DNA of 22,581 nucleotides from Chlamydiota bacterium (GCA_039179045.1 JBCDEZ010000023.1:1-22581); one strand, 5' to 3'. Shown: positions 1 through 8,765, counted from the first letter of the stretch. Translations and numbers: made by a program. Notes: generated by a model from the sequence alone, not told the origin.

Positions 1-16
1 AAAAATAAAAATTATA

Positions 17-45
17 TTGAAAATGATATTCAAAAGGTTTAAAAT
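17..45 (+). promoter_or_regulatory. Putative sigma70/sigma66-type promoter for the ORF at 72
   Basis: TTGAAA (17-22), 17-nt spacer, TAAAAT (40-45), with an A/T-only tract upstream. An SD-like AAGGTG at 61-66 precedes the ATG at 72. Confidence 0.5.
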
Positions 46-71
46 TTTTATGTAGTTAATAAGGTGTTTGT

Positions 72-1064
72 ATGATACGTTCTTGTTTCAATCGTGTTTC
101 AGACGATTATGGTCTACCAGCAAAAGCTGAAACAACTGAATCCGTGAACAAAAGCGAAGATACAGTAAAAAAATCGCTCGCAACCGATGTTCCAAGATCT
201 GTGATCACTTGGAAGAAAGACGGTACAATTTACCAGCTGATGACAGCAGATGAGCGCACATCGTTCAAAAACAGGGTGGATGAGCTAGAGAGTGTGATAC
301 AAAACGTAAAGATTTGTAAGCTTTGGGCAAAAAGTTATTTTTCCTGGAAATATTTTTTACTCCCCCTATTTGCGGCCGGCTACTTTTTCTACCGGGAGCG
401 TGTATGGAAAAAACAAGAGGAAAAACTTGTTAAAAACCTGACACAAGGCGGCGCGTTGAGTGAAAAAATCCGAGTGATGGAGGCGATCTACAACATGTCT
501 ACTGAAAAAATTTCTTACATTGGTCAACCAGATCGATCGGAGACAATGGTCAGAGCAATCAAGTATAATCTCGAGAATCATGTGCGTACTTTAAAAGAAT
601 TCTATGATGCTCAAAACCAAAAGAAGCTAGAAGAGCGCGTTTTTCTCTACGAGTATCTCCATCAGTCTAACGCGGCATTCGCAACTGAGTGCGCTACTGA
701 GCATGTTATTAAAACGTATAAGTCTGTTAATGAGAATGTTACTAATACGTATCCAGGTGAAGAAATCCGAGATGTATACCCAAAAAACAAAGTTTTTTGC
801 ACAATTTATGATGAAAAAAATAACCGGGCAGAAGGCGTTGCCGATTTTTCTGTCATAAGGCTCAGAGGAGAGGTAAAAAAACGTCTTGCCTACCTGCACG
901 CAAGAACGGTACTCGATCTCGGATCTAAGAAAATAAAAATCGAGATGTATAAGAAAAAGCCCGATCAGAATGACGAAAATGCCTGTCCAGCGTTTTACCT
1001 AGCAATTCCATTAATTAAAAAAAGTGCAACAAAAGAAATTTACCGTAGAAACATCCCACGGTGA
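72..1064 (+). CDS. Hypothetical protein, 330 aa, with one short hydrophobic segment
   Basis: Long ORF with its own promoter-like and SD-like signals. Hydrophobic stretch YFLLPLFAAGYFFY at about aa 94-107. No family recognised. Confidence 0.8.
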   Translation: MIRSCFNRVSDDYGLPAKAETTESVNKSEDTVKKSLATDVPRSVITWKKDGTIYQLMTADERTSFKNRVDELESVIQNVKICKLWAKSYFSWKYFLLPLFAAGYFFYRERVWKKQEEKLVKNLTQGGALSEKIRVMEAIYNMSTEKISYIGQPDRSETMVRAIKYNLENHVRTLKEFYDAQNQKKLEERVFLYEYLHQSNAAFATECATEHVIKTYKSVNENVTNTYPGEEIRDVYPKNKVFCTIYDEKNNRAEGVADFSVIRLRGEVKKRLAYLHARTVLDLGSKKIKIEMYKKKPDQNDENACPAFYLAIPLIKKSATKEIYRRNIPR

Positions 1065-1238
1065 AGTTAAATATGTGCTTTTGAAATTCACAAACTATTT
1101 TAGAAGAGTACAAAATAATGACACGAGTAAGGTATTTCTCAAAACGGATATTCCGTATCGGCCTATCTTGCTAAAAATAGCTCCACAACGTTTTTCCTGA
1201 ATGCAATCAAATATCGATGGTTTGAAACCCAGAAATTT

Positions 1239-1311
1239 TGAGACTTGTTGGGCTCGAACCAACGACCCTCTCCTTAAAAGGGAGATGCTCTACCAACTGA
1301 GCTAAAGTCTC
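1239..1311 (-). tRNA. tRNA-Lys(UUU)
   Basis: The reverse complement folds as a cloverleaf: acceptor GAGACTT/AAGTCTC, D-arm GCTC-AGTTGGTA-GAGC, anticodon arm TCTCC-CTTTTAA-GGAGA, T-loop TTCGAGC. CCA is not encoded. Confidence 0.97.
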
Positions 1312-1317
1312 ATGTTG

Positions 1318-1392
<75 letters not shown>

Positions 1393-1406
1393 ATCTAATC
1401 TAACTG

Positions 1407-1440
1407 ATTATAGTTTAAGTAGTCTCAGATTTTACGACAA
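1407..1440 (-). promoter_or_regulatory. Possible promoter for the tRNA-Glu/tRNA-Lys pair
   Basis: On the minus strand, TTGTCG-N17-TAAACT overlaps a perfect TATAAT (1412-1407) about 15 nt upstream of tRNA-Glu. Confidence 0.35.
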
Positions 1441-1442
1441 GA

Positions 1443-1994
1443 TCAAATCTCTAAGATCTCTTTTTCCTTGAGAGCGCAAAGCTCATCAACCTGCTTGCAA
1501 AATTGATCTGTGTACTCTTGAATCATTTTTTCCCGTTTCTTTTGCATGTCTTCGGGGATAAGTCCGTCTGCCTTTTCCTTGCGCACGATCTCATTGCTCT
1601 TTCTACGCGCGTCTCGGATAGATACCTTCGCTTCTTCCCCTTTTTGCCTGCATTTTTTCACAATCTCTTTGCGTGTATTTTGATCCATGGGAGGGATATT
1701 GATCCGTACAGCATGCCCATCTACCAGGGGTAAAAGGTTGAGGTTGGCCTGTTCGATTCCTTTCGCGATGGCAGATGCATTGCTCCTATCAAAAGGCGTA
1801 ATGAGTAGCTGTCTTGCTTCAGGAGTCGTAATACTGGCAATATCTTTCAAACGCATGGAAGAGCCGTATACTTCGATAAGAACGCAATCGATCATAGCGG
1901 GATTGGCTCGAGAAGTTCTCAAGTGCTTCAATTCTTCTTGCAAGTGTTGCAGGGTCGCTTGCATTGCTTGCTTGGTCTCTTGCTCTTTACTCAT
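1443..1994 (-). CDS. frr: Ribosome recycling factor
   Basis: Motifs LRTSRANP, VYGS, LLITPFD, IRINIPP-like and AKVSIRDARR. 183 aa, downstream of pyrH. Confidence 0.97.
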   Translation of the reverse strand: MSKEQETKQAMQATLQHLQEELKHLRTSRANPAMIDCVLIEVYGSSMRLKDIASITTPEARQLLITPFDRSNASAIAKGIEQANLNLLPLVDGHAVRINIPPMDQNTRKEIVKKCRQKGEEAKVSIRDARRKSNEIVRKEKADGLIPEDMQKKREKMIQEYTDQFCKQVDELCALKEKEILEI

Positions 1995-1998
1995 CGAT

Positions 1999-2709
1999 CT
2001 ACTCTTGGGTAATTAGGGTTCCGGTGGGCGCACAAGATAGAGCTTGTGTCAGGTTTTTCGGTTCAGAAAAATGGGTTACAATGATCGGCAGCTTCTCCCG
2101 TTCGCAAAGCAACACAGCTTCAAGATCCATGATCTGCAACTTTTTTTCCAGAATTTCTCGGTAGGTAATCTTGGCCTGCTTGCTAGCATTTGGCGAGATT
2201 TTAGGATCTTCTGAATAGACCGCATCTACAGTACTCAACTTGATGAGAACATCTGCTTTCATCTGCAAGGCACGAAGGGCTGCAGCCATGTCAGTGGTAA
2301 AAAAAGGGTGCGCAGTTCCTCCTGAGAAGAGAACAATCTCCCCTTTCTGGAGGCAATTTTCCACTTTTTCCATGGAAAAGGTCTCGGCAAAATTACCACA
2401 AGGAAAAGCGTTGAATAGGGTAGCTGGAGTGCCTAATTTTCGAAGAGCAGCAAGAAGAAGTTTCCCATTCAAGACAGTAGCGAGCATACCCACTTCATCG
2501 AGAACTGTAGGGGGATAATTCAAATCAGAGTCTTTGCCGCGCAAAATATTGCCTGCACCGACCACAATTCCAAGTTCTTTTCCGCTTGCATGGGCAAGAG
2601 AAAGAGATTGAGCGACGCCATGGATATCGGCCTCGCGGAACCCGAATCCTGAAGAGGAAAATGCTTCTCCCGATAGCTTGCAAAGGGCTCTGCGGTAAGC
2701 TCGCTTCAA
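1999..2709 (-). CDS. pyrH: Uridylate kinase
   Basis: Motifs KLSGEA, VVGAGNILRG, GMLATVLNG, GTAHPFFTTDMAAALRA, VYSEDP and IMD. The start is placed at TTG 2709, which overlaps the tsf stop (TTGA). The ORF-track start at 2736 lies inside tsf. Confidence 0.95.
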   Translation of the reverse strand: MKRAYRRALCKLSGEAFSSSGFGFREADIHGVAQSLSLAHASGKELGIVVGAGNILRGKDSDLNYPPTVLDEVGMLATVLNGKLLLAALRKLGTPATLFNAFPCGNFAETFSMEKVENCLQKGEIVLFSGGTAHPFFTTDMAAALRALQMKADVLIKLSTVDAVYSEDPKISPNASKQAKITYREILEKKLQIMDLEAVLLCEREKLPIIVTHFSEPKNLTQALSCAPTGTLITQE

Positions 2710-3560
2710 AGTTCTTGACCCACCTTCCAACGCCAAAAGCGCGCTAAGGTGAGGGTCTTTCCATCTTCTTTGCCTTGGTTTTCTACAAATTTTTCCACGG
2801 TGAAAGAAGCATCCTTTACAAAAGGCTGCTCACGAAGGCAATTCTCTTTAAAATACGACTCTCGCTTCCCAGCAACAATCTTATCGATCACAGAGGCAGG
2901 TTTTCCCTGCATCTGAGAACAGACAATCTCTTTTTCTCTTGCGAGTATATTCTGGGAAACCTCTTCTTTGCATAGAAACTCGGGATGGCAGGCGACGACG
3001 TGCATTGCAATTTCTTGGCCAAGCTTAGCCGCGGTTTCACTCCCAGCGATCTGCACTACAGAGACAAGCTTGCCTCCCATGTGGGAGTAGATGCCGTAGG
3101 AACTACCAGACTCCTTTTGAATCCGTTCTATCCGTCGTATCTGCAAGTTCTCTCCTAAAGATTGGATTGTAACGTTGCGGTGCTGCTCCAAAGATAGTGT
3201 GGGATCTTTAGCGTAATCTTTTTGGAGGAATGCCTCCAAAGAAGTGATTTCTTCTTGTAGAGCCTGCTCTGCTATGTCTGCAGCGAAAGCGCGAAACGCC
3301 TCGCTTTGCACCACAAAATCGGTCTCTACGTTCAGCTCTACCAATACCAGATGCGTAGTACTTTGCGCGGCAACAATCATCCCCTCTTTGGTCTCTCTAC
3401 CTTCTTTTTTTGCACCCGAAGACATCCCCTTCTTTCGGAGGTAGTCGATTGCTTCTTGCAAGTTGCCTGAAGCTGCTTGAAGAGCCTCTTTACACTTGGT
3501 CATGCCGACGCCTGTCAAAGCGCGGAGCTCTTTGATCAAATCTGCACGAATCTCAGTCAT
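2706..3560 (-). CDS. tsf: Translation elongation factor Ts
   Basis: Motifs IKELRALTGVGMTKCKEAL, ELNVETDFV, LGENLQIRR and IAMHVVA. The ATG at 3560 overlaps the rpsB end by 8 nt. Confidence 0.97.
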   Translation of the reverse strand: MTEIRADLIKELRALTGVGMTKCKEALQAASGNLQEAIDYLRKKGMSSGAKKEGRETKEGMIVAAQSTTHLVLVELNVETDFVVQSEAFRAFAADIAEQALQEEITSLEAFLQKDYAKDPTLSLEQHRNVTIQSLGENLQIRRIERIQKESGSSYGIYSHMGGKLVSVVQIAGSETAAKLGQEIAMHVVACHPEFLCKEEVSQNILAREKEIVCSQMQGKPASVIDKIVAGKRESYFKENCLREQPFVKDASFTVEKFVENQGKEDGKTLTLARFWRWKVGQEL

Positions 3561-4344
3561 CTTTTGTATCCTTTTGCTCTTCTTTTTCATTCCAATCTTT
3601 CGGATTTTCCTCTTCAGACTTCTCTTTTTTCAGAGGCACTTGCATCTCTGATTTTTTCGCGACAATGGCGCGCATAAGAGAGCTCAAAACGATCTTGATG
3701 CTTTTCAAAGCGTCATCATTGCATGCAATGACATGGTCAATAGGATCGGGATCGCAATTCGTATCGACAAGAGCCATGACGGGAATACCCAACTTTTTGG
3801 CTTCAGCAACAGCAATGTGTTCTTTATTTGGATCGACAACAATCACGAGACCTGGAGTTTTTCGCATAGAGCGAATGCCTGCAAGGTTTCGATCGAGCTT
3901 AATCTGCTCTTTTTGCAGCAAGGCAAGCTCTTTTTTCTTCAAGGCCTCTGTTCCAGATGAGATCAATTTTTCGATTTTCTCGAGCTTTTTCACTGACTTG
4001 CGGATAGTACTGAGGTTCGTAAGCATGCCCCCTAACCAGCGCTCTGCCACGTAGAATTCGCCAGCCTCCTCAGCGACTTGCTTGATCACCGCTTTTGCCT
4101 GTTTCTTAGTACCAACAAACAAAATCGATTTATGCTTTGCAATTACATCGACGACAACTTGACTCGCATCGCGTATCTGCTGCAAAGTTTTGGCCAAATT
4201 GATGATGTAAATCCCATTTCTCTCTTCCAAAATAAAGCGGCGCATTTTGGGATTCCAACGCCGTTTCTGATGTCCGAAGTGAGCACCCGACTCGAGCAGT
4301 TCTTGAATGGTAACACTTGTCTTTTCTGATTGTTCCGAGGGCAA
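3553..4344 (-). CDS. rpsB: 30S ribosomal protein S2
   Basis: Motifs LLESGAHFGHQKRRWNPKM, FVGTKKQA, RWLGGMLTN, VDTNCDP and NDDA. The TTG at 4344 lies 5 nt after the SD sequence AAGGAG. Confidence 0.98.
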   Translation of the reverse strand: MPSEQSEKTSVTIQELLESGAHFGHQKRRWNPKMRRFILEERNGIYIINLAKTLQQIRDASQVVVDVIAKHKSILFVGTKKQAKAVIKQVAEEAGEFYVAERWLGGMLTNLSTIRKSVKKLEKIEKLISSGTEALKKKELALLQKEQIKLDRNLAGIRSMRKTPGLVIVVDPNKEHIAVAEAKKLGIPVMALVDTNCDPDPIDHVIACNDDALKSIKIVLSSLMRAIVAKKSEMQVPLKKEKSEEENPKDWNEKEEQKDTKDD

Positions 4345-4376
4345 TGTATCTCCTTTAGGCAATGAGCCAGTCTATT

Positions 4377-4447
4377 AGCGCCTGATCAGAATCGAACTGA
4401 CACTCGTAGCTTGGAAGGCTACTGTTCTACCATTGAACTACAGGCGC
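4377..4447 (-). tRNA. tRNA-Gly(UCC)
   Basis: The reverse complement gives acceptor GCGCCTG/CAGGCGC, discriminator T, anticodon arm GTAGC-CTTCCAA-GCTAC, and T-loop TTCGATT. Confidence 0.97.
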
Positions 4448-4672
4448 AAGAATTTAAAATGCGTATTCTTACAAATTCGAAACACTCATTTTCCTGGAAA
4501 AATCGTTTTTTTCCAAGGAAAATATGCAAAGCTCTTCCATTGACCACAAAAGAGGAGAAAAATGGGCGCATCCAATGCTCAAAAGAATTCTTACTAAAAT
4601 CTGGTTATTGAGAAATAATTGGGAAATACTCTCGAGCATCGATGAGTTTACTGGTAAGATGTTTGATTTTTT

Positions 4673-5302
4673 CTAGGAGGGGACGAGATCTTTCAAAAAA
4701 GCCGTTTTCTTGTGAGGAAGGGAGCTTTCCATGGAACGGATCAATTTCCGAGCAAAGTGGATGAAAAAAGAGGCAGATTCCAACCTTTCCTTCTGTCTCA
4801 AAAGACGACAGGTAGAAAGTTGCGCTGCGATCATTTCGGCCTGCTCGGGCAGGAGATCAAGAATTTTTACCCAAAGCCCCTCTTCTTCAAAAGCGGCGCA
4901 AAAGCGCTGCGCGAGCCGTTTCGCCTCATGCGTACCATCAGCAGAAGAGAAATCCACACATTCAGTGAGATGAAGAAGTTTTGCTCGAGAACGTTTGGCA
5001 AGGCAAAGGAGGTTGTAAGTACCAAACACAACTTGCCTCATACCCAGAATTGGACCTTGCTTTTCTTCACAATACTGAGAGGAAAGATCGTAAACCTCGT
5101 CCATATCGAGATAAAGACTGCACGCAACGTCATGCACAAGGCGAGTAAATCCTGGGTATTCTAAGAGATGCTTGGTAGACTGATTCCCTTCTTCAAATTG
5201 TCCCATCAATGTGACTTGGTGGCCGAGGCGTAAAAGCTCTTCTGCCAAAGAAAGAGCAATAGGGTGCGCGCCACTTGTAATGAGAATCTTTTTTTTGATC
5301 AT
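4673..5302 (-). CDS. Degenerate NAD-dependent epimerase/dehydratase (UDP-glucuronate decarboxylase-like) protein
   Basis: Collinear with the UXS-type SDR N-terminal half: KILITSGA, LLRLGHQV, LVHDV, DEVYDL, GTYNLLCLAKRSRAKLL, EAKR. The Gly-rich and YxxxK motifs are eroded and the protein is short. The start is placed at ATG 5302, just after GGGGTGG; 5317 is an alternative. Confidence 0.75.
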   Translation of the reverse strand: MIKKKILITSGAHPIALSLAEELLRLGHQVTLMGQFEEGNQSTKHLLEYPGFTRLVHDVACSLYLDMDEVYDLSSQYCEEKQGPILGMRQVVFGTYNLLCLAKRSRAKLLHLTECVDFSSADGTHEAKRLAQRFCAAFEEEGLWVKILDLLPEQAEMIAAQLSTCRLLRQKERLESASFFIHFARKLIRSMESSLPHKKTAFLKDLVPS

Positions 5303-5569
5303 ACCACCCCGATTCATTTCCTATCAGGAAATCCGTACTCACAGAACGGCTCCCAATTGCCAACATACCAGCGCATGCATTTTTTGCCCAGGAGAGCCAT
5401 TTTTTCAGCTGGCTTCGCATTCAACTCGACCTTGAAAAAGCAGCTAACAGTAGCGTTCCAGGAAAAATGTGAGATTTCTCCTCTTTGTGCGCCCATCTTG
5501 AGCCCAGGCAACATGTCTTTATAGAGCTATTGATTTTTTGCTTAAAGTAGGCTTCTGATCCAGTTTCTA

Positions 5570-5595
5570 GCTCGTTTCACCCGGGTGAGACGAGC
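5570..5595 (+). other. GC-rich stem-loop / near-perfect 26-bp palindrome of unknown role
   Basis: GCTCGTTTCAC-CCGG-GTGAGACGAGC forms an 11-bp stem with one U.G wobble on the plus strand. Confidence 0.6.
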
Positions 5596-6230
5596 CATGA
5601 GAGTAGTTTGTTTTGGGAATTCAACAAATGAGGGAAAGGCGCAATTCTAAAACATACCCCTGCTGGCAACCTAATTTCACTTGAAGATTCGGCATGCTTT
5701 TTTTATTGTTCGCAAACTCTGCGCTCTATCCTTCCTCTTTTTCAATTCTTTTTCTCTATGAAGCCCTGCCAAAAAGAGTTTTTTTTCAAGACTGACTGAA
5801 TACAATTTTCGAATAAGTACCCTCGTTTAAGAGACGCAAGAAGATTCTATTTTTTCTTAGGAGACAAGCCGTACGCAATCATTTTCGCCTTTTTATCGTT
5901 TGGACACCATTCCTTGTAGTTATTTAAATTGGATTTTTTATCTTCCCCCACTCCAGAGCTTTTCCACGAACTGAAAAAATAGATCGCAAATCGCTTCTAT
6001 CTCTATTCTTCTAGTGAAATGGGTATACGCATGAATATCTAAGGGAAGCGGAAGGTTGAAGATATGGTAAAATTTGGCACTTGAACTTAGAAAATACTTG
6101 AAAAGCGTATCTCCTATATTGCGCGATGATGGAGAAATATGCTGAAAAAAAGAACTCTTTTGAGATAAAATTCATTTGGATGTTTGCTGGAATTTTTCGT
6201 GGCTGTATTTGATTTGTCTAGGGGCGCTTT

Positions 6231-6542
6231 ATGACGCTCCATGTTTTCTTTCCCCCCTCTCTTTTAGAGAGATGGGTTCAGAGTAGCGGAAGCGACTCTA
6301 CTTCCTACCTTCATGCACCTAGTCTTGCAGAATTAGATCCGTTCTTATGTAGATTTTCAAAGACAAGTCCCTTCTACGAGGAGGTCATTCCTCAGTCGTT
6401 TTACCAGATATCCTCTGAAGCTCTTAAATCCAGTCGAGAACTTTTCCAAACGAGAGCAAGTGCTTTGTTGGGAGCTTTAGATGCTACGGAAGATGTTTTC
6501 GAGGGAGCTCCTATTTATCTTGCACCGCTGTTGTCTACATGA
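6231..6542 (+). CDS. Small hypothetical protein, 103 aa
   Basis: ATG preceded by AGGGG. Its stop overlaps the next start (ATGA, 6539-6542). No family recognised. Confidence 0.55.
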   Translation: MTLHVFFPPSLLERWVQSSGSDSTSYLHAPSLAELDPFLCRFSKTSPFYEEVIPQSFYQISSEALKSSRELFQTRASALLGALDATEDVFEGAPIYLAPLLST

Positions 6543-6991
6543 TGCTCTTCCCCTTGTCACTTTATCTGTTGCTGGCAGAAATCTCCTCTTCTTTCGACGA
6601 TCCAAATTCCCTGACTTTTTCCTTCCCCTCTTTGGTGCAGCCCTGGCTTATATATCTTTTCTTTGCTCTTTTCACAATTTGTCTTGTTCTTTTCGTGGTG
6701 AAGAAAGTGATCACCCGTTGCTTACCCGAACGTGAACCGCGTAGCCGGATTCAAATTCTAGAGCAAAAACTCCTAAGTCCCAAAACGACTCTCTATCTTG
6801 TTAAAGTAGACGGACACAAGGTTCTATTTACTGAGTCTAGCCTACAGATTGCTTCCCTGTTGGAAGACAAAATAGTGGTGGAAGCGTCTCCTTATTCATC
6901 GGATCGAAAGCATCACTCCGCAAGGGCAAGCGATCAAATCGAAAAAAACCTTCCACTTAACCCTGAGCAGGTCGGATTTTCCCGTTTGTAA
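6539..6991 (+). CDS. FliO/MopB-family membrane protein
   Basis: One TM helix (WLIYLFFALFTICLVLFVVKK) followed by IQILEQKLLSPKTTLYLVKVDGHKVLFTES, the typical FliO cytoplasmic beta-rich pattern. Confidence 0.75.
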   Translation: MMLFPLSLYLLLAEISSSFDDPNSLTFSFPSLVQPWLIYLFFALFTICLVLFVVKKVITRCLPEREPRSRIQILEQKLLSPKTTLYLVKVDGHKVLFTESSLQIASLLEDKIVVEASPYSSDRKHHSARASDQIEKNLPLNPEQVGFSRL

Positions 6992-7192
6992 TTCTCGGTT
7001 GTCCTATCAGTATGCCTGGCCCGCAGCGCTTGGTTTAGCTTTCCCTCATGCTTGAGCTCAGAGACTATATTCCGCACCCTTTCATGTTGACAGAGATATG
7101 TTTTCAAAAGAAGAGCTCAGTATTGCAAGTGAAATATCGCCTGCTTCTTGAGAATTTTTCCATTCGTAAACTTTCCTTGACTGGAAAGAGCT

Positions 7193-8002
7193 CTAGTTTC
7201 CCGAGCTGCATGCAGGACCAGCCTTCACCTCGAATAAGCTTGGAAGAAGCTGAGATAAAAAGCGATGCCACTGCGTGAGAGGAGTCGAACTCACATACAC
7301 AATATCCCCCGGAATGAGAAGAAGACTCGTTTCGGGAAGATAGAGGATCTGATCCCATTCTAGAAGGTAGATTTTCGGATCGCAAGAATCTCCTCGGATC
7401 ACTCGAATCGAAGAGGTGTCTCCTGTAAAAGGAATTCCCCCCGCAAGTGCCAAGGCTTGTCTTAAAGGAAGAAACCCGTTTCGAAGGGCAATAGTTCTAG
7501 GACAACCCACTTCTCCCAACACGACTACGCTTGCCGCGTCAGACCTTGCAATATAGACCTTATCTCCCGCTTGCAAAGAGATATTGTGCTCCATATCCCC
7601 CTCTTCTAACAGACGGTGTAGATCTACAGGCAATTCGCACCCATTCCTCGAGATATAGCTTTTAAAAAGATTGGCGTCTTTGGAAATGCGCGCTTTCGCT
7701 AAGAGGTCGAATAGGCAAATCGTTCCCGAAACAGGGATTGTATGTTCTTCCACTTGCCCTGCAAGCTGTATCGTACCTTGGCGCAGATTCCCTAACGCGA
7801 TTCTTTCGCTCTCTTCTGCAATGGGCGCGTATCCCTGTAGTTCCAAAATCGCAAACTTTCCTTCCTGGATTTGATATGAATCGATCACGAACTCATCAGC
7901 CCCATAGATATTGCTCCCCACACTACATCGAGCGCATCCTCCAAGTAACACCAAAACAGATAGAGAAACGAAGATTGATAAAGAGCGGAAAAAAGTGTTC
8001 AT
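7193..8002 (-). CDS. Polysaccharide export (Wza/OPX-like) lipoprotein with SLBB domains
   Basis: Signal peptide with a lipobox-like LLGGC. Two SLBB-like repeats (IQLAGQV...LQAGDKVYI and VVVLGEVGCP...LRQALALAGG...LIPGDIVYV). Amphipathic C-terminal WHRFLSQLLPSL, as in Wza. Confidence 0.8.
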   Translation of the reverse strand: MNTFFRSLSIFVSLSVLVLLGGCARCSVGSNIYGADEFVIDSYQIQEGKFAILELQGYAPIAEESERIALGNLRQGTIQLAGQVEEHTIPVSGTICLFDLLAKARISKDANLFKSYISRNGCELPVDLHRLLEEGDMEHNISLQAGDKVYIARSDAASVVVLGEVGCPRTIALRNGFLPLRQALALAGGIPFTGDTSSIRVIRGDSCDPKIYLLEWDQILYLPETSLLLIPGDIVYVSSTPLTQWHRFLSQLLPSLFEVKAGPACSSGN

Positions 8003-8351
8003 GCAATCATCTTACCCCGACTGGCAAGTTTTGCAAAGATGAAACAAGAAAGTCGCACACAGTCCACCTACACAACACCTCGTATAGGGGCGCCTTTCTA
8101 AGAGGCTGTAGAGACAGATGACTACCTCTCCAGAGCAGGAGGGTTTAGCATTCTTAAGAAGAGTAGAGTTTTATTGATAACCTGTTCACTGTTTGAGGGG
8201 TTGGAAGAGACTGTTTCGGCCTCTGATTCACCAATTGAAACGTGACCTGTGGTATATTATGTTGAGGATAGGCAAACAGGCTTGGCATGGTAGCTAGGAT
8301 GGTAGAGTGGGTAAAAAGCTTCAATTTTCGCACAGTAGAACTCCGCAATTC

Positions 8352-8495
8352 GGCCTTGTTGAAAAAATCAAGATTTCCTCACCTACCTTGCGGAGGGGGT
8401 GCGGAATGTGGGATCTACCTGCATTTCGGATGTCATTGATTAAAAAAGAGTGGAATAGAAAAAGGTTATCTCAAAAGGATCCCTACTTAGTATAA
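8352..8495 (+). mobile_element. IS5-family (IS903 group) left-end remnant: terminal inverted repeat plus a possible decayed transposase N-terminus
   Basis: GGCCTTGTTGAAAAAATCA (8352-8370) is the exact reverse complement of 17090-17108 and matches the IS903 end GGCTTTGTTGAATAAATC (recalled) at 16 of 18 positions. From ATG 8430, WNRKRLSQ/KGSL (one frameshift) weakly resembles the WxxYNxxLxxRGS start of IS903-type transposases. The inner boundary is uncertain. Confidence 0.7.
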
Positions 8496-8765
8496 AGTGT
8501 TTGCTTTTTAAATTCATAGAGTAAAAGGAAAGATCAAAAAATGCTAGCCGTAGCCTATACTTATACTTCAAAACAGATGCGCTGCGTACGCCTATCTGGC
8601 ATAAAAAACGATCCCTCAATATCTCGCCTGAAGACCGCCAACTCTTGATGATGGAAAACCCGAAACTCAGGTCAAGAAAAACTCGTGTTCGTTTCTTACT
8701 CGACTACCTCTATCTTGCCTGCCCTGCATCTACCCCAGCGTGTGCAAAAGTGGTTAAAAGACCTC

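Noticed and set aside
5314..5514. 66-aa minus-strand ORF whose stop overlaps ATG 5317
   Set aside because: No recognisable motif or SD, and the downstream gene more likely starts at 5302. It cannot be distinguished from chance.
8235..8263. TTGAAA-N17-TATGTT promoter-like match
   Set aside because: It points only at IS debris, and such matches are common by chance.
8284..8345. GGCATGGTAGCTAGGATGGTAGAG resembles a tRNA 5' half
   Set aside because: There is no pairing D-stem, anticodon stem, T-loop or complementary acceptor strand.
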